Source of the DNA: a virus
Taxonomy: Duplodnaviria; Caudoviricetes
Length of the DNA: 50,389 bases
IMG/VR virus record: IMGVR_UViG_3300023099_000003
Coordinates: 1 to 50,389 of that record
Reading direction: 5' to 3' (one strand)
The notes beneath the pieces were generated by a model. It was not told the DNA's origin. It saw only the letters and a list, made by a program, of their open reading frames with translations, and made no database searches. This document shows, in pieces, positions 25,461-34,518 of the stretch. The position numbers and the translations under genes are program-made. Every line of letters starts with the position of its first letter. Position 1 is the stretch's first letter.

Positions 25461-25907
25461 ATGGTTGCTGTAGCTGGTCGCAATCGGGTAAACCGCCCGT
25501 TCTTCTTTTCAGACGTAGATGGTGAGCGCGTTGAGTTTCCTTCTTTCGGGACGGGGCAGGGTGACCTTGTAGGCAATGACCTGCGCATGTTCCGCATGTA
25601 TGTTTCTGCCAAGCAGATCGACACTGCCACACCAGAAGCGCCCAACGCCTTTGTGGCAGGCAACTGGTCTGTGGCCGCCACTGAAACAGGCATCACAGTC
25701 ACCATCACCGCACTGCCGGACGATAACGGCATTGACATGACCGGAATTGCCATTCGGGTTGATGGCGAGGATGTGACGATTGTTGATCCTGAAACCGGGG
25801 CCTATCCGATTGAACTGGATGCTGGCGAATACACTATTGACATTGCGGCAATCTCTGCCGCTGGCCAGTCGGCATGGTCTGATGAAAAGGCGGTGGAGGT
25901 AGAATGA
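25461..25907 (+). CDS. Virion-associated protein with an FN3/Ig-like C-terminus
   Basis: LPDDNG...YTIDIAAISAAGQSAWSDEK resembles an FN3 end. Confidence 0.6.
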   Translation: MVAVAGRNRVNRPFFFSDVDGERVEFPSFGTGQGDLVGNDLRMFRMYVSAKQIDTATPEAPNAFVAGNWSVAATETGITVTITALPDDNGIDMTGIAIRVDGEDVTIVDPETGAYPIELDAGEYTIDIAAISAAGQSAWSDEKAVEVE

Positions 25908-26038
25908 AGATCATCAACACCAGCAAGGTCGAGCAGACCTTCCAAGGAATAACCCTGAAGCCCGGCGAATCCACCGATGGGGCTACGGTGGAAAAACCTA
26001 AGCGCGGTCGTCCGCGTAAGGACAGCAAGGATAAGTAA
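25904..26038 (+). CDS. 44-aa AT-hook microprotein (not in ORF track)
   Basis: MKIINTSK...EKPKRGRPRKDSKDK; GGAGG RBS; coupled at both ends. Confidence 0.7.
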   Translation: MKIINTSKVEQTFQGITLKPGESTDGATVEKPKRGRPRKDSKDK

Positions 26039-26283
26039 TGCCAAATGAGCCGCTCGGCATCACGTTTATTGTCCCTGACGGCCAGGAGGCAACAGGGGTT
26101 TACGAGGCAGATGGCGGGGCCGAAGTGTTCGAGACTGACAGCCCTTATCTGTTGAGCGACGGCGTGACATTGCAGCCACCCTTGCCTGTCAAGGTTGTGA
26201 CCGGCCCGACTTTCACAGATAGCATGGGCAATGCGCAGACGGCCTTGGCCGTATCAGGCCTACCCGAAGATGAGGTCGAATAA
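26038..26283 (+). CDS. Hypothetical structural-region protein
   Basis: TAATG-coupled. Confidence 0.6.
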   Translation: MPNEPLGITFIVPDGQEATGVYEADGGAEVFETDSPYLLSDGVTLQPPLPVKVVTGPTFTDSMGNAQTALAVSGLPEDEVE

Positions 26284-26777
26284 TGGCAGGCTATGGCACT
26301 GATCAGGGTTTTACCGACTGGCTTGCGGCTAATGGCCTTAGCCTGCCCGTTGGTGCGCCTGCGGTTGCCATCCTGCGCGAAGTGGGTAGCAACTATGTGG
26401 ATGGAGCCTATGAGCCTGGACTAAGCTGCAGCAAGCGCACGGGCGGCTTTGCGCAGGATCGGGCTTGGCCGCGTGTTGGCCATACAGTGCAATGCGAGGT
26501 GGTGCCTTCCAGCTTGATCCCGCAGGCATGGATACTGGCGTCCTATCGGGCCGCATATCTGCAGGCTGTTTCCGGTTGGGCGCAGGGTGGCACAGATCCG
26601 ACGCGCGTCACCAAGCGGGAAAAGGTCGATGTGCTTGAGGTTGAGTATTTCGCATCAGGTGACGGGGCTGCTGCTGGCAATGCCGCTGCTGGCTTCCCCG
26701 TCGATCCCCTGATTGATGGATGGGTTTCTATCTGGCTTTGCTCGAAGGCGCGGTCGATTGGGTTCTTGGTGGTTTGA
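26283..26777 (+). CDS. Head-tail adaptor (DnaT-like family)
   Basis: QDRAWPR, IPQAW, KREKVDVLEVEY. Confidence 0.8.
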   Translation: MAGYGTDQGFTDWLAANGLSLPVGAPAVAILREVGSNYVDGAYEPGLSCSKRTGGFAQDRAWPRVGHTVQCEVVPSSLIPQAWILASYRAAYLQAVSGWAQGGTDPTRVTKREKVDVLEVEYFASGDGAAAGNAAAGFPVDPLIDGWVSIWLCSKARSIGFLVV

Positions 26778-26789
26778 TATCGTCACGGG

Positions 26790-26818
26790 AAAGGGCTGGC
26801 TTAGGCCGGCCCTTTTTT
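26790..26818. terminator. Bidirectional terminator
   Basis: AAAGGGCTGGC-TTAG-GCCGGCCCTTTTTT between convergent genes. Confidence 0.8.
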
Positions 26819-26984
26819 ATGTGTGGCAGTGAATGCCCATGCCGAACCCTTGAACAAACCCTTCGGCAAAATCCTTGTTGGGGAATACGCCGTAATCGCA
26901 TGTCTCGCCGTCAGGCCATGTTACGATAACCCAGAAAACCCCATCGCGCTTCTTGATCTCAAAGCCCATCATCATTCTCCTTGA

Positions 26985-27146
26985 TTAAGCCGTGAATCGC
27001 TTCCAACGGCCATTGATGCGCTTCTCAATCTGCACCGGTCCGTCACGCGAATAGACCAAGGCGTAATGCCTGATCTCACTCAGAGACGTTGGCCCATCTG
27101 TCCAAGCAACAGGAATGCCTCCCTGTAAAAGGCGGTAGCGCTCCAT
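26985..27146 (-). CDS. Hypothetical protein
   Basis: MERYRLLQGG...RWKRFTA; start approximate. Confidence 0.5.
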   Translation of the reverse strand: MERYRLLQGGIPVAWTDGPTSLSEIRHYALVYSRDGPVQIEKRINGRWKRFTA

Positions 27147-27385
27147 CACCCTTCCTCCAATGCCTTGTCGATCATGGCCTGAAACGTGCCCTTGGACCAC
27201 GGCCAGTCACCGCCCGCAGAACCAGCCTCAATCATCCCCTCACTCGGCTCCCTGATCGCCAGAAGTACGGCGCGGACTGCGTTCATGTAGTCCTCTTTCC
27301 ATTCGATTTCGCCGCCAAGGCTTTCATCAAAGTCCCCGCCTAAGGCTTTGGCCAAGTCCCTCGCAGCACGTTCTAGCGGTGTCAT
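27146..27385 (-). CDS. Hypothetical protein (paralogue of 27762..28025)
   Basis: MTPLERAARDL...AIREPSEGMIEAG...FQAMIDKA. Confidence 0.65.
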   Translation of the reverse strand: MTPLERAARDLAKALGGDFDESLGGEIEWKEDYMNAVRAVLLAIREPSEGMIEAGSAGGDWPWSKGTFQAMIDKALEEG

Positions 27386-27765
27386 TGGCCACGCTCCCGT
27401 TCGGCCATCATAGCGTCTGCTATGTCGTAGGCCTCGGATGCCACGCAAACGCTGTCGAGAGGGCCGCCCCATTTCGGGCGCGGTATCCAGGTCAAAGCTG
27501 CCATGGCAAATTCATCGCGCAGGGTTTTGGGTTGTTCTGTGGGGGCGGCGCGATTGCGGACTTCCACTTTACCCCCCGGATAGCGAGTGCCATCAAACCG
27601 AAAACAGTCTGTGTTGATAGCGTCCTCCTCTTCCCCTTCCTCGACGGTCCAGTAATCGCCATCATCATCCGGGTTAGTGCAGTCGCCATAATCTAGGCCA
27701 TGCTTGGCCAACACCACAGGCGTCCCATCCATAAACTCGATTGGCTTGGTCCAATCAATAGTCAT
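27382..27765 (-). CDS. Hypothetical protein
   Basis: MTIDWTKPIE...TLRDEFAMAAL...AYDIADAMMAER, a common phage motif. Confidence 0.7.
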   Translation of the reverse strand: MTIDWTKPIEFMDGTPVVLAKHGLDYGDCTNPDDDGDYWTVEEGEEEDAINTDCFRFDGTRYPGGKVEVRNRAAPTEQPKTLRDEFAMAALTWIPRPKWGGPLDSVCVASEAYDIADAMMAERERGQ

Positions 27766-28025
27766 TGCGTATCTCCCATCGCGGCATCAATCATGGCTTG
27801 CCAGATTTCCTCTGGCCCGCCGCTATCAAAATCAAAGCGGGCCGCTTGATCCCCAGCATCCAGCATCTTCACGCTAACAGGCCTAACCGCCTCCAGCACC
27901 AAGCGCACCCGCCCAACGTAGCGCGGCCATGTGCGGTCAACATATGCCGCCAGTTGCTCGGCGTTGCACTTGCCCGCCCAATAGTCTTGCGACAGGGCGC
28001 GGGCTGCGGATTCGATGGGGGTCAT
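27762..28025 (-). CDS. Hypothetical protein
   Basis: MTPIESAARAL...IWQAMIDAA. Confidence 0.65.
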   Translation of the reverse strand: MTPIESAARALSQDYWAGKCNAEQLAAYVDRTWPRYVGRVRLVLEAVRPVSVKMLDAGDQAARFDFDSGGPEEIWQAMIDAAMGDTQ

Positions 28026-28381
28026 GCGCCGTCTCCAATACGGTTATACTGGTCGCACACAGTTAAATGCGTAGTCGTGGGAATGGTAATCTTGCCGGTA
28101 GATACGGCTCCCCTTCTGGTTTCAGTGTGCGATTCTGAACAGGCCCATTCGGCCTTTTTGAGTGTTTCCAAGTTGGGACTAGCAGCGGCATCCATAGCCA
28201 TCCAAGGCAAAAAGGCCATGAAGCACCCTAGCGGCCAGATAAGAAGAAGTAGGGCTGCCGACATTCCATATTCTCGATCATATTTTTCGAGACCGAATGA
28301 GAAATGCCAAGCGCCCCAGAGCGGCAACCCGAAACATCCAAGTGACCAAAGGCCAGCCAGCCCATATCCGAAATATTCCAT
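28022..28381 (-). CDS. Two-TM membrane protein
   Basis: MEYFGYGLAGLW...; two hydrophobic segments; cassette RBS. Confidence 0.65.
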   Translation of the reverse strand: MEYFGYGLAGLWSLGCFGLPLWGAWHFSFGLEKYDREYGMSAALLLLIWPLGCFMAFLPWMAMDAAASPNLETLKKAEWACSESHTETRRGAVSTGKITIPTTTHLTVCDQYNRIGDGA

Positions 28382-28385
28382 CTCA

Positions 28386-28433
28386 ATTCTCCATCTCTCC
28401 AGCACCAATGCACTAACCCATTAGCAACGTCAA
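28386..28433 (-). promoter_or_regulatory. Repeated promoter/RBS cassette
   Basis: Minus strand TTGACG...GGGTTAGTGCAT...GATGGAGAAT. Confidence 0.65.
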
Positions 28434-28488
28434 CCCCCTTTCAATATCGCCCCCAACAAGCTATGTATCCCCCAAAGGAGATGACCCT

Positions 28489-28659
28489 ATGCGTATCAAG
28501 ATCACTGCACCGATTGTCGATGGCCTCAAGGTTGGCAGCATTCTGGATGTTGGCGAGAATATCCCGCGCGATTGGGCTGGCGGGTATGTTGTGCTGGACG
28601 AACTTGACCATGACGGTGATGGCAAGAAGGGTGGCGTCCGCAAGCCCGAGAAGGATTAA
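28489..28659 (+). CDS. 56-aa hypothetical protein (not in ORF track)
   Basis: MRIKITAPIVDG...LDHDGDGKKGG; AAGGAG RBS. Confidence 0.65.
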   Translation: MRIKITAPIVDGLKVGSILDVGENIPRDWAGGYVVLDELDHDGDGKKGGVRKPEKD

Positions 28660-28662
28660 CCC

Positions 28663-30588
28663 ATGAACCCCATCGGCGGATCAAAGCTGTATATTGGCCT
28701 GCGGGTTGCTGGGAAGTCTGAAGTCACGGAGGTGGATTTCATCGGCCAGGATTGGCTTGAGATTGGCGGGCTGGTCACGCTTGGTTCGCTGGGTGATAGT
28801 CAAGAGGTTGTGTCGCAGGCGGTCCTGTCGGGGCGTCTTGCCCAAACCAAAGGCACCGTTTCCGGGCAGGTGATGGAGAATACGTTCCTGCCTATTGCGG
28901 GTGACCCAGGCCAGCAGCGATTCTTGGCCGCCATGGAATCGTGCAGCCCTTATGCATTCAAAGTGGAGTGGAATGAGGGATGCGAAGATGACCCCATGGT
29001 GGATCTGTTCTATGGGCTGGCGATGCCAGGTTCACGCGCTGGCGGGGACGCAAATACTGCGCAGCTTCGCAGCTGGGCTATCGCGGTGGATAGTAATGTG
29101 GTGGAGGCCCCGTTCATCTGGGATTCTATGCCTTACTTGCTATTTCTCGGGGACGTTAAAGGAACAGCTCTCGACTACAGCGTTGCCGATTCCCGTTTCC
29201 AGGATGTTTTTGCCGCGACCCCGGCACTCGCGCTAGATGATCCTGTTGCCAGATGGAACGATCAAGGACCGAACGGGATGTTCGCGTTTGTAACTGTCTC
29301 GTCTGAAAGACCTCTAGTTAAGACTAATGGACTGCTTTTTAACGGAAGCAACAATAGCCTGAGTGCGTTTAAAAGAGATGCCCTGGCGGCATCTAATGCT
29401 GTGACCATGCCTGACTTATCAGACAGCGCGCCGGGGAAGGGTTTCACATGCACCGGGCTGACGCTTGACACATCGACCAACACCCTTTGGGCGGCAAATT
29501 ACGGCAGGGCAACACCCTCAGGTGGGACGTTCAGGCCAAGTATAGTAAATATCACAAAAGACGGCGCATTTATCAGTGAGGTCGATATGACCTCGACAAT
29601 TCCTAGCATGACGCAAATCCAAGGAATTGCTTACGACGCTTCAGACGACACATTCTGGCTGTGCTCTATTGTCGAGAATCTCGTCCGCCACGTTGGACGG
29701 GATGGAACAAGCATAGGCTCGTTCTCATCAACAGGACCTAGCGGGATTGCCATTGATCCGACTAATAACCAGATTATTGTCTGCGATGAACACGGGGTAT
29801 TCACAGTATACAGCAAGGCTGGCGTACTGTCGTTTACGTCACTTTCAATAAGATCATCAACTGACCAGCTGTTTTACGACAGCGTTAACGAAATTCTATA
29901 TTATACGTCAGACGTTGACCCGGACCACATAGGGGTGATCCACTACCCAACGTGGCAACCTATTATGCGTTTTGAAGTCACACCGTCTGTCGGTGCAATA
30001 GAAGGGCTTGTTCTGGACGGGTCCAAAATGTATGTCTGTAACGATGCTTATTATCATTCGGTCCAGCCTGGCTTGAATAAAATGATCACATTCGATGTTC
30101 CCGCAGTTCCGGCATTTAATGAAGATCCCAAAATTACAATGTTCGGGAGAGTGAAGCTTAATGGCACGCCATCCGCCACCCGTGCGATTGCCAGCATTGG
30201 GGGTGCGTCATCATATGCCGGGGTCGGTCTTTTCAGCATCAGCAGCTCTACTACCTCGCTGAGACTCTTTGTAAATTCCTCCAGAGGGACAGCCAAAAGA
30301 GACCAGATAGACTTTACCGGATTGCCAGATCTTACGACAATCAGGGCATTCGTCGTTGAAGTTGATTTTAACACTGAAATAGCTAGGCTTTGGATCGATG
30401 GCGTCCAGTTTGGGGGTGATCAGTCACTTGTCAATGCCTCAGGCGGAGTGGCTACTGGATGGTTTGGTGTCGCTCGGCAATACACGGGTGCATCACCCTT
30501 AGCCATAAGTGTTGAGAAAGCCGGTTTCGCAGCAACTATCTACAACCAGACGATGCGCGCTAAACTTGATGATTGGCTTTCAACCTAA
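28663..30588 (+). CDS. Tail-tube paralogue fused to a ~490-aa beta-rich (propeller/lectin-like) region
   Basis: N-terminal ~150 aa align with 35674..36393 (GSLGD.QEVVSQ, MENTFLPI..DPGQ, YAFK.EW, GLAMPG...GGDANT.QLR, AVDSN.VE); repeated G(I/L)..D strands downstream. Confidence 0.8.
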   Translation: MNPIGGSKLYIGLRVAGKSEVTEVDFIGQDWLEIGGLVTLGSLGDSQEVVSQAVLSGRLAQTKGTVSGQVMENTFLPIAGDPGQQRFLAAMESCSPYAFKVEWNEGCEDDPMVDLFYGLAMPGSRAGGDANTAQLRSWAIAVDSNVVEAPFIWDSMPYLLFLGDVKGTALDYSVADSRFQDVFAATPALALDDPVARWNDQGPNGMFAFVTVSSERPLVKTNGLLFNGSNNSLSAFKRDALAASNAVTMPDLSDSAPGKGFTCTGLTLDTSTNTLWAANYGRATPSGGTFRPSIVNITKDGAFISEVDMTSTIPSMTQIQGIAYDASDDTFWLCSIVENLVRHVGRDGTSIGSFSSTGPSGIAIDPTNNQIIVCDEHGVFTVYSKAGVLSFTSLSIRSSTDQLFYDSVNEILYYTSDVDPDHIGVIHYPTWQPIMRFEVTPSVGAIEGLVLDGSKMYVCNDAYYHSVQPGLNKMITFDVPAVPAFNEDPKITMFGRVKLNGTPSATRAIASIGGASSYAGVGLFSISSSTTSLRLFVNSSRGTAKRDQIDFTGLPDLTTIRAFVVEVDFNTEIARLWIDGVQFGGDQSLVNASGGVATGWFGVARQYTGASPLAISVEKAGFAATIYNQTMRAKLDDWLST

Positions 30589-30974
30589 TGGACATCTTCA
30601 CCCGAATGGCCGGCGTCTCCACCCGCCTGCTGCGCCCCGCTTCGGAGGGTGGCTTTGGCTCGGGCACAATATCCCTGGTGCGCCTGACCAGTGTGCCGGG
30701 TGTTGAGGTTTACGATCCACCTACCACCACGCGCGTCGTGACCCCGCTGCGAGCCAATGCGTTCGGCGTGTCGGCGCAGCTGGTGGGTGTGGAGTATAGT
30801 CCCGGCAATGCCATTGTGGCGTCTGACAAGCGTGTGATTAGCGCTCCGATTGCTGGGGGTTATGAACCGGAGGATATTATGGAGATCGATGGCAAGCCGG
30901 TTACTGTGCTGCGGGTGAAGAATATTGTGGGGGCGGGTGTTGTCTCGGCGGTGGAGTTCATCGTGCGGGGTTGA
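30588..30974 (+). CDS. Head closure/stopper-like protein
   Basis: YDPP, IVASDKRV, IDGKPVTV pattern; size and position. Confidence 0.65.
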   Translation: MDIFTRMAGVSTRLLRPASEGGFGSGTISLVRLTSVPGVEVYDPPTTTRVVTPLRANAFGVSAQLVGVEYSPGNAIVASDKRVISAPIAGGYEPEDIMEIDGKPVTVLRVKNIVGAGVVSAVEFIVRG

Positions 30975-31020
30975 CGGGGTGCGCGGGATGCAATAGGTGG
31001 GTTGCAGATTGATGGAGAAT
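30971..31020 (+). promoter_or_regulatory. Repeated promoter/RBS cassette
   Basis: TTGACG...GCAATAG...GGGTTGCA...GATGGAGAAT. Confidence 0.6.
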
Positions 31021-31024
31021 TGAG

Positions 31025-31237
31025 ATGACCCTAGAAGATGTGAATGAAGGGCCGATCCTCGACTTAGAGGATTCCGTTCTTGCCCATGTGGGCTTTGATT
31101 ATGCAAAGCACGGGCACCCGGATGAGTTTCATAATTGGCAGGAGGCGACAGCCCACCTCTTAGACCATATGAGCAACAGCGATTTTCTGAGGTATATTAG
31201 CATAGGCCTCGCCTCCTTTATGGAGCGCCAGCCATGA
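31025..31237 (+). CDS. Hypothetical protein
   Basis: Follows the cassette RBS. Confidence 0.6.
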   Translation: MTLEDVNEGPILDLEDSVLAHVGFDYAKHGHPDEFHNWQEATAHLLDHMSNSDFLRYISIGLASFMERQP

Positions 31238-31590
31238 CCAACAAAATCAACCTCTCCGAACTGCTGGCCGACCGTGAAGCGGGGACGGGTGGGGAGTGGG
31301 CTGTGGGCCGTTTCTTTAATGGGCGTGAAGTAGTCTCCGGCCATGCCTGCGTTGCATTCGCCCGGAAAGATTTTAAGAAAACGGAAGTTGCCCAAGTCAA
31401 CGCCCGCCGCATAGCCCGCCTACCCGCATTGGAGGCGGCTTATATTGAGGCTGTGGGGTTGTTGGATGAATTGTATGGCGCAGCAGAAGATTGCATCTGC
31501 ACGGATGATGGACGCCTAACGGATGATGCTTGGGCGCGCTACCATAAGGCCCGCATGAATGTTGGGCAGTTTCTAGGAGATGGGGAATGA
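31234..31590 (+). CDS. Hypothetical protein
   Basis: GTGGEW...NARRIARLP; ATGA-coupled. Confidence 0.6.
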   Translation: MTNKINLSELLADREAGTGGEWAVGRFFNGREVVSGHACVAFARKDFKKTEVAQVNARRIARLPALEAAYIEAVGLLDELYGAAEDCICTDDGRLTDDAWARYHKARMNVGQFLGDGE

Positions 31591-31751
31591 AGGATGATCT
31601 ATATGAGAATCTTCTAAGTCAGCCCATCAATGCTGACACCTATAAATTCTGGGAAGCTGTATCTGATCACTTGGCAGGCTATATAAATTGGGAGCCACTA
31701 GCCTTTGCTATAAGAGCCGGATTGGAAACGCTGCCGCTTAAGGAAGAATAG
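31587..31751 (+). CDS. 54-aa hypothetical protein (not in ORF track)
   Basis: MKDDLYENLL...LPLKEE; AGGAGA RBS. Confidence 0.5.
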   Translation: MKDDLYENLLSQPINADTYKFWEAVSDHLAGYINWEPLAFAIRAGLETLPLKEE

Positions 31752-31758
31752 CCCCACC

Positions 31759-32769
31759 ATGCCAACCCTAGACCAACTCCTAGCCCAACTCTCCCCAGCC
31801 CTGCGCGCGGCGTTCCTGCAGGCCATGGAAGAGTTGCGCGCAGGCGTGGACGTGAAGGCGCTAACCGACGCTCTGCGCCGTAACGATATTGAAGCGGCCA
31901 TTGCCGCCCTGAATATAGAACCGGCTGCATTCAGCGCCTATTATACCGCCTCGCTTAACCTATATGCCACAGCCGCTGTCCTCCAAAGCCCGCCAGGAAC
32001 ACGGTTCGACATGACCAACCCACACGCCGAGGCGTGGATACGCGAACTGGCGGCCACAAGGATCACCGGCTATACGGAAGAGCAAGTTACCGCCGCACGG
32101 GAAACTATCCTGCGCGGCTATCAGCAAGGCAATGGCCCGCAACAGATTGCCGTTGAGATTGCCGGTCGCGTTGATCGCGTGACCGGACGCCGAAAGGGCG
32201 GGATTATTGGCCTGTCCGCACCGCAATCGGAATATGTTGGCAGCGTGAGGGAATTGCTGGGCGGCGACCTGCGCGCACTGTTTGTCAAGGATAGGGTAAC
32301 GGGCGAATACAAGCCGCGCTATACCCGGATGGATGGGCGTGACTTGCGGACTATTCGGGCGCGCATCCGGTCAGGGAAGCCGCTGACCAAGGCTGAGCAG
32401 GAAAAGATTGCTGGTCGCTATGCCGACCGCCTCCTAGCAAGGCGCGCCGATGACGTTGCCCGCACCGAAACGGCCACCAGTGTTATGGGTGCGCGGGCCG
32501 AATCCTACAGGCAGGCGCTGGATAAGGCCGGGTTGCCGCCAGAGGCGTTGCGGAAGCGGTGGAGGCACCTCGGTGCTAAAGGTGAAGATGCGCGGGTGCA
32601 GCATATTGTGATGAACAACAAGACGGTGCAGGGTCTGGATAGCCCGTTTGTGCTGCCCGATGGGACGCTGATGCAATATGCCCATGATCCTGCTGGCGGG
32701 GCTGCGCAGGTGGTGAATTGTAAGTGCGATACGGTGTTTGAGATAGATTTTGGATGGGGAGTTGAGTGA
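31759..32769 (+). CDS. MuF/SPP1 gp7-like head morphogenesis protein
   Basis: RADDVARTET, KRWRH, R..H, PF, HDP..GAAQVVNCKC. Confidence 0.88.
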   Translation: MPTLDQLLAQLSPALRAAFLQAMEELRAGVDVKALTDALRRNDIEAAIAALNIEPAAFSAYYTASLNLYATAAVLQSPPGTRFDMTNPHAEAWIRELAATRITGYTEEQVTAARETILRGYQQGNGPQQIAVEIAGRVDRVTGRRKGGIIGLSAPQSEYVGSVRELLGGDLRALFVKDRVTGEYKPRYTRMDGRDLRTIRARIRSGKPLTKAEQEKIAGRYADRLLARRADDVARTETATSVMGARAESYRQALDKAGLPPEALRKRWRHLGAKGEDARVQHIVMNNKTVQGLDSPFVLPDGTLMQYAHDPAGGAAQVVNCKCDTVFEIDFGWGVE

Positions 32770-33020
32770 TGAAGATTTGGCTGATTTCATATAAATGGCC
32801 CGGAAAATATACGCCTTATGACGTATTTGAATCTGCTGTAGTGGCAGCTGAAACAAGCGAAGTGGCGTCAAAAATTCATCCATCTGGATATGATGAATGG
32901 AACCATTCATATAAATCATGGGCACCGTCACCTGATGACATTGATGTTGAGTATATTGGTGAAGCCGCCGCTGACATGGATGCTGGGCGGATTATCTGCG
33001 CCAGCTTTAACGCGGGATGA
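32766..33020 (+). CDS. Hypothetical protein
   Basis: YDVFESAVVAAET...IICASFNAG, a common phage family pattern. Confidence 0.65.
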   Translation: MMKIWLISYKWPGKYTPYDVFESAVVAAETSEVASKIHPSGYDEWNHSYKSWAPSPDDIDVEYIGEAAADMDAGRIICASFNAG

Positions 33021-33277
33021 CCTGCCTCAATTGCACCGAACGCCGCGATAAATTGCGCGCTGCCTTTGTTGAGGCTAAGATAGCCGAGGCCGTCAAGCAG
33101 GCGGCTTTGGGCTTAGGTGAGATGGTGGGTCTTAAGAAGGAGAAGGGTGATGGCGAACAAGCATAAAAAGGAAATGGACGGGATAGAAATATTCTGCGCG
33201 ATGTTTTTAGGTGCCATCTTTTTGATGGGCGCTGGCCACGCGGTGTATCTTGCCGCCTCCTTTATCACCCCCACCCA

Positions 33278-33727
33278 ATGACCTGGAAAAACACCAACCC
33301 CTCCGATTGGGTGCGTGAAACCAAGGAACGCATTCAGGCGGTCCATCGGGGATCTGTGCAGGCCTTGGCCGCCGAGATGACGCAAACCATTCCCAATGGC
33401 GGGCGGGTGCCGGTCAAGACTGGCAATCTGGCGCGTTCGCTTTTGGCGTCCACATCGGGTATGCCGACAACGGGGCCTGGGCCTTTTACTGGCGGCGATG
33501 TTGGGCCTGTGCTGCTGACGCTGGATCCGGGAGATACGATTTGGCTTGGCTATCAGGCTAGATACGCCCGGAGGCAAAACTGGGGCTTCGTGGGCGAGGA
33601 TAGTTTGGGCCGGGTATATAATCAGAGCGGCTTCGGCTTCGTGGAGGCGGCTGTAGCCAATTGGTCGCAGATTGTGGACCGTGTGACGGTTGAGATGGCC
33701 TCCACGCCTAGTTCTGGGGGTAGGTAA
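33278..33727 (+). CDS. HK97 gp10-like tail completion protein
   Basis: PVKTGNLARS, ARYARRQ, FVEAA. Confidence 0.78.
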   Translation: MTWKNTNPSDWVRETKERIQAVHRGSVQALAAEMTQTIPNGGRVPVKTGNLARSLLASTSGMPTTGPGPFTGGDVGPVLLTLDPGDTIWLGYQARYARRQNWGFVGEDSLGRVYNQSGFGFVEAAVANWSQIVDRVTVEMASTPSSGGR

Positions 33728-34026
33728 TGGGGCGGGTATCTGAAAATATTCGCGCGACTGTCTATAAGCGAGATAATTATAAGTGCCGCTATTGCGGTTG
33801 TGTGGTGCAACGTGCCGACCCGCATGCGGAAGATGCCGCGACAGTGGACCACGTAAAGCCACTTGCGAAAGGTGGCTTGTCTGTCGCGGGCAATCTTAAA
33901 ACTGCGTGTCGCGCTTGCAACATGGCTAAAGCCAGTATGAGCCTTTCCGAATATAAGGCTGCGGGAATGCCGCGTCATCACGTCAGGCTTTCTCCTGCTG
34001 CCTGCCTAAAGAGAGGTTGGAGATAA
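33727..34026 (+). CDS. Small HNH endonuclease
   Basis: RDNYKCRYCG, TVDHVKPLAKGG, NLKTACRACN. Confidence 0.88.
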   Translation: MGRVSENIRATVYKRDNYKCRYCGCVVQRADPHAEDAATVDHVKPLAKGGLSVAGNLKTACRACNMAKASMSLSEYKAAGMPRHHVRLSPAACLKRGWR

Positions 34027-34027
34027 T

Positions 34028-34471
34028 ATGCCCTCATCCATAGACACCAAAATCTGGCTCGCCCTAAAGGCCAAGATAGCCACGATCGCCACAACCCCGA
34101 CGTTGCCGGTCTATGACCCCAACGCGGCTATTCCCGCACCAGTCGCAGGCGGCAATCCAGCGCCATTCCTTATCATCAGTGATGCCCGCAATGATAATCA
34201 GCGTCTCTCGATTGGCGGCACTGTATCGCGGCGCTCTGGCACGTTGATGCTAGGCGTCCAATGGCCTATTGCCTTGGCCGTCACCCATACCCAGCTTGTC
34301 CAACTGGCGGGATCAATTGCCGACCAGTTCCCCGCCGATACGCATATGTTCCATAGCGGCGTATGCCTGCGCGTCACGCGCGATGCAGGCGCGGACCAGC
34401 CCTATCGTGATGGCGTTTATCATGTGGCCATGATCAGGGTGCCTTGGGAAGTTTTGTATAACAGGGCTTGA
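34028..34471 (+). CDS. Tail terminator-like protein
   Basis: GTLMLGVQWP, AGSIADQF, IRVPW; position. Confidence 0.7.
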   Translation: MPSSIDTKIWLALKAKIATIATTPTLPVYDPNAAIPAPVAGGNPAPFLIISDARNDNQRLSIGGTVSRRSGTLMLGVQWPIALAVTHTQLVQLAGSIADQFPADTHMFHSGVCLRVTRDAGADQPYRDGVYHVAMIRVPWEVLYNRA

Positions 34472-34518
34472 CGGGTTGGGTGTATTGCAATAGTAGGGTT
34501 GCATTGTTGATGGAGAAT
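34468..34518 (+). promoter_or_regulatory. Repeated promoter/RBS cassette
   Basis: TTGACG...GCAATAG...GGGTTGCA...GATGGAGAAT. Confidence 0.6.
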
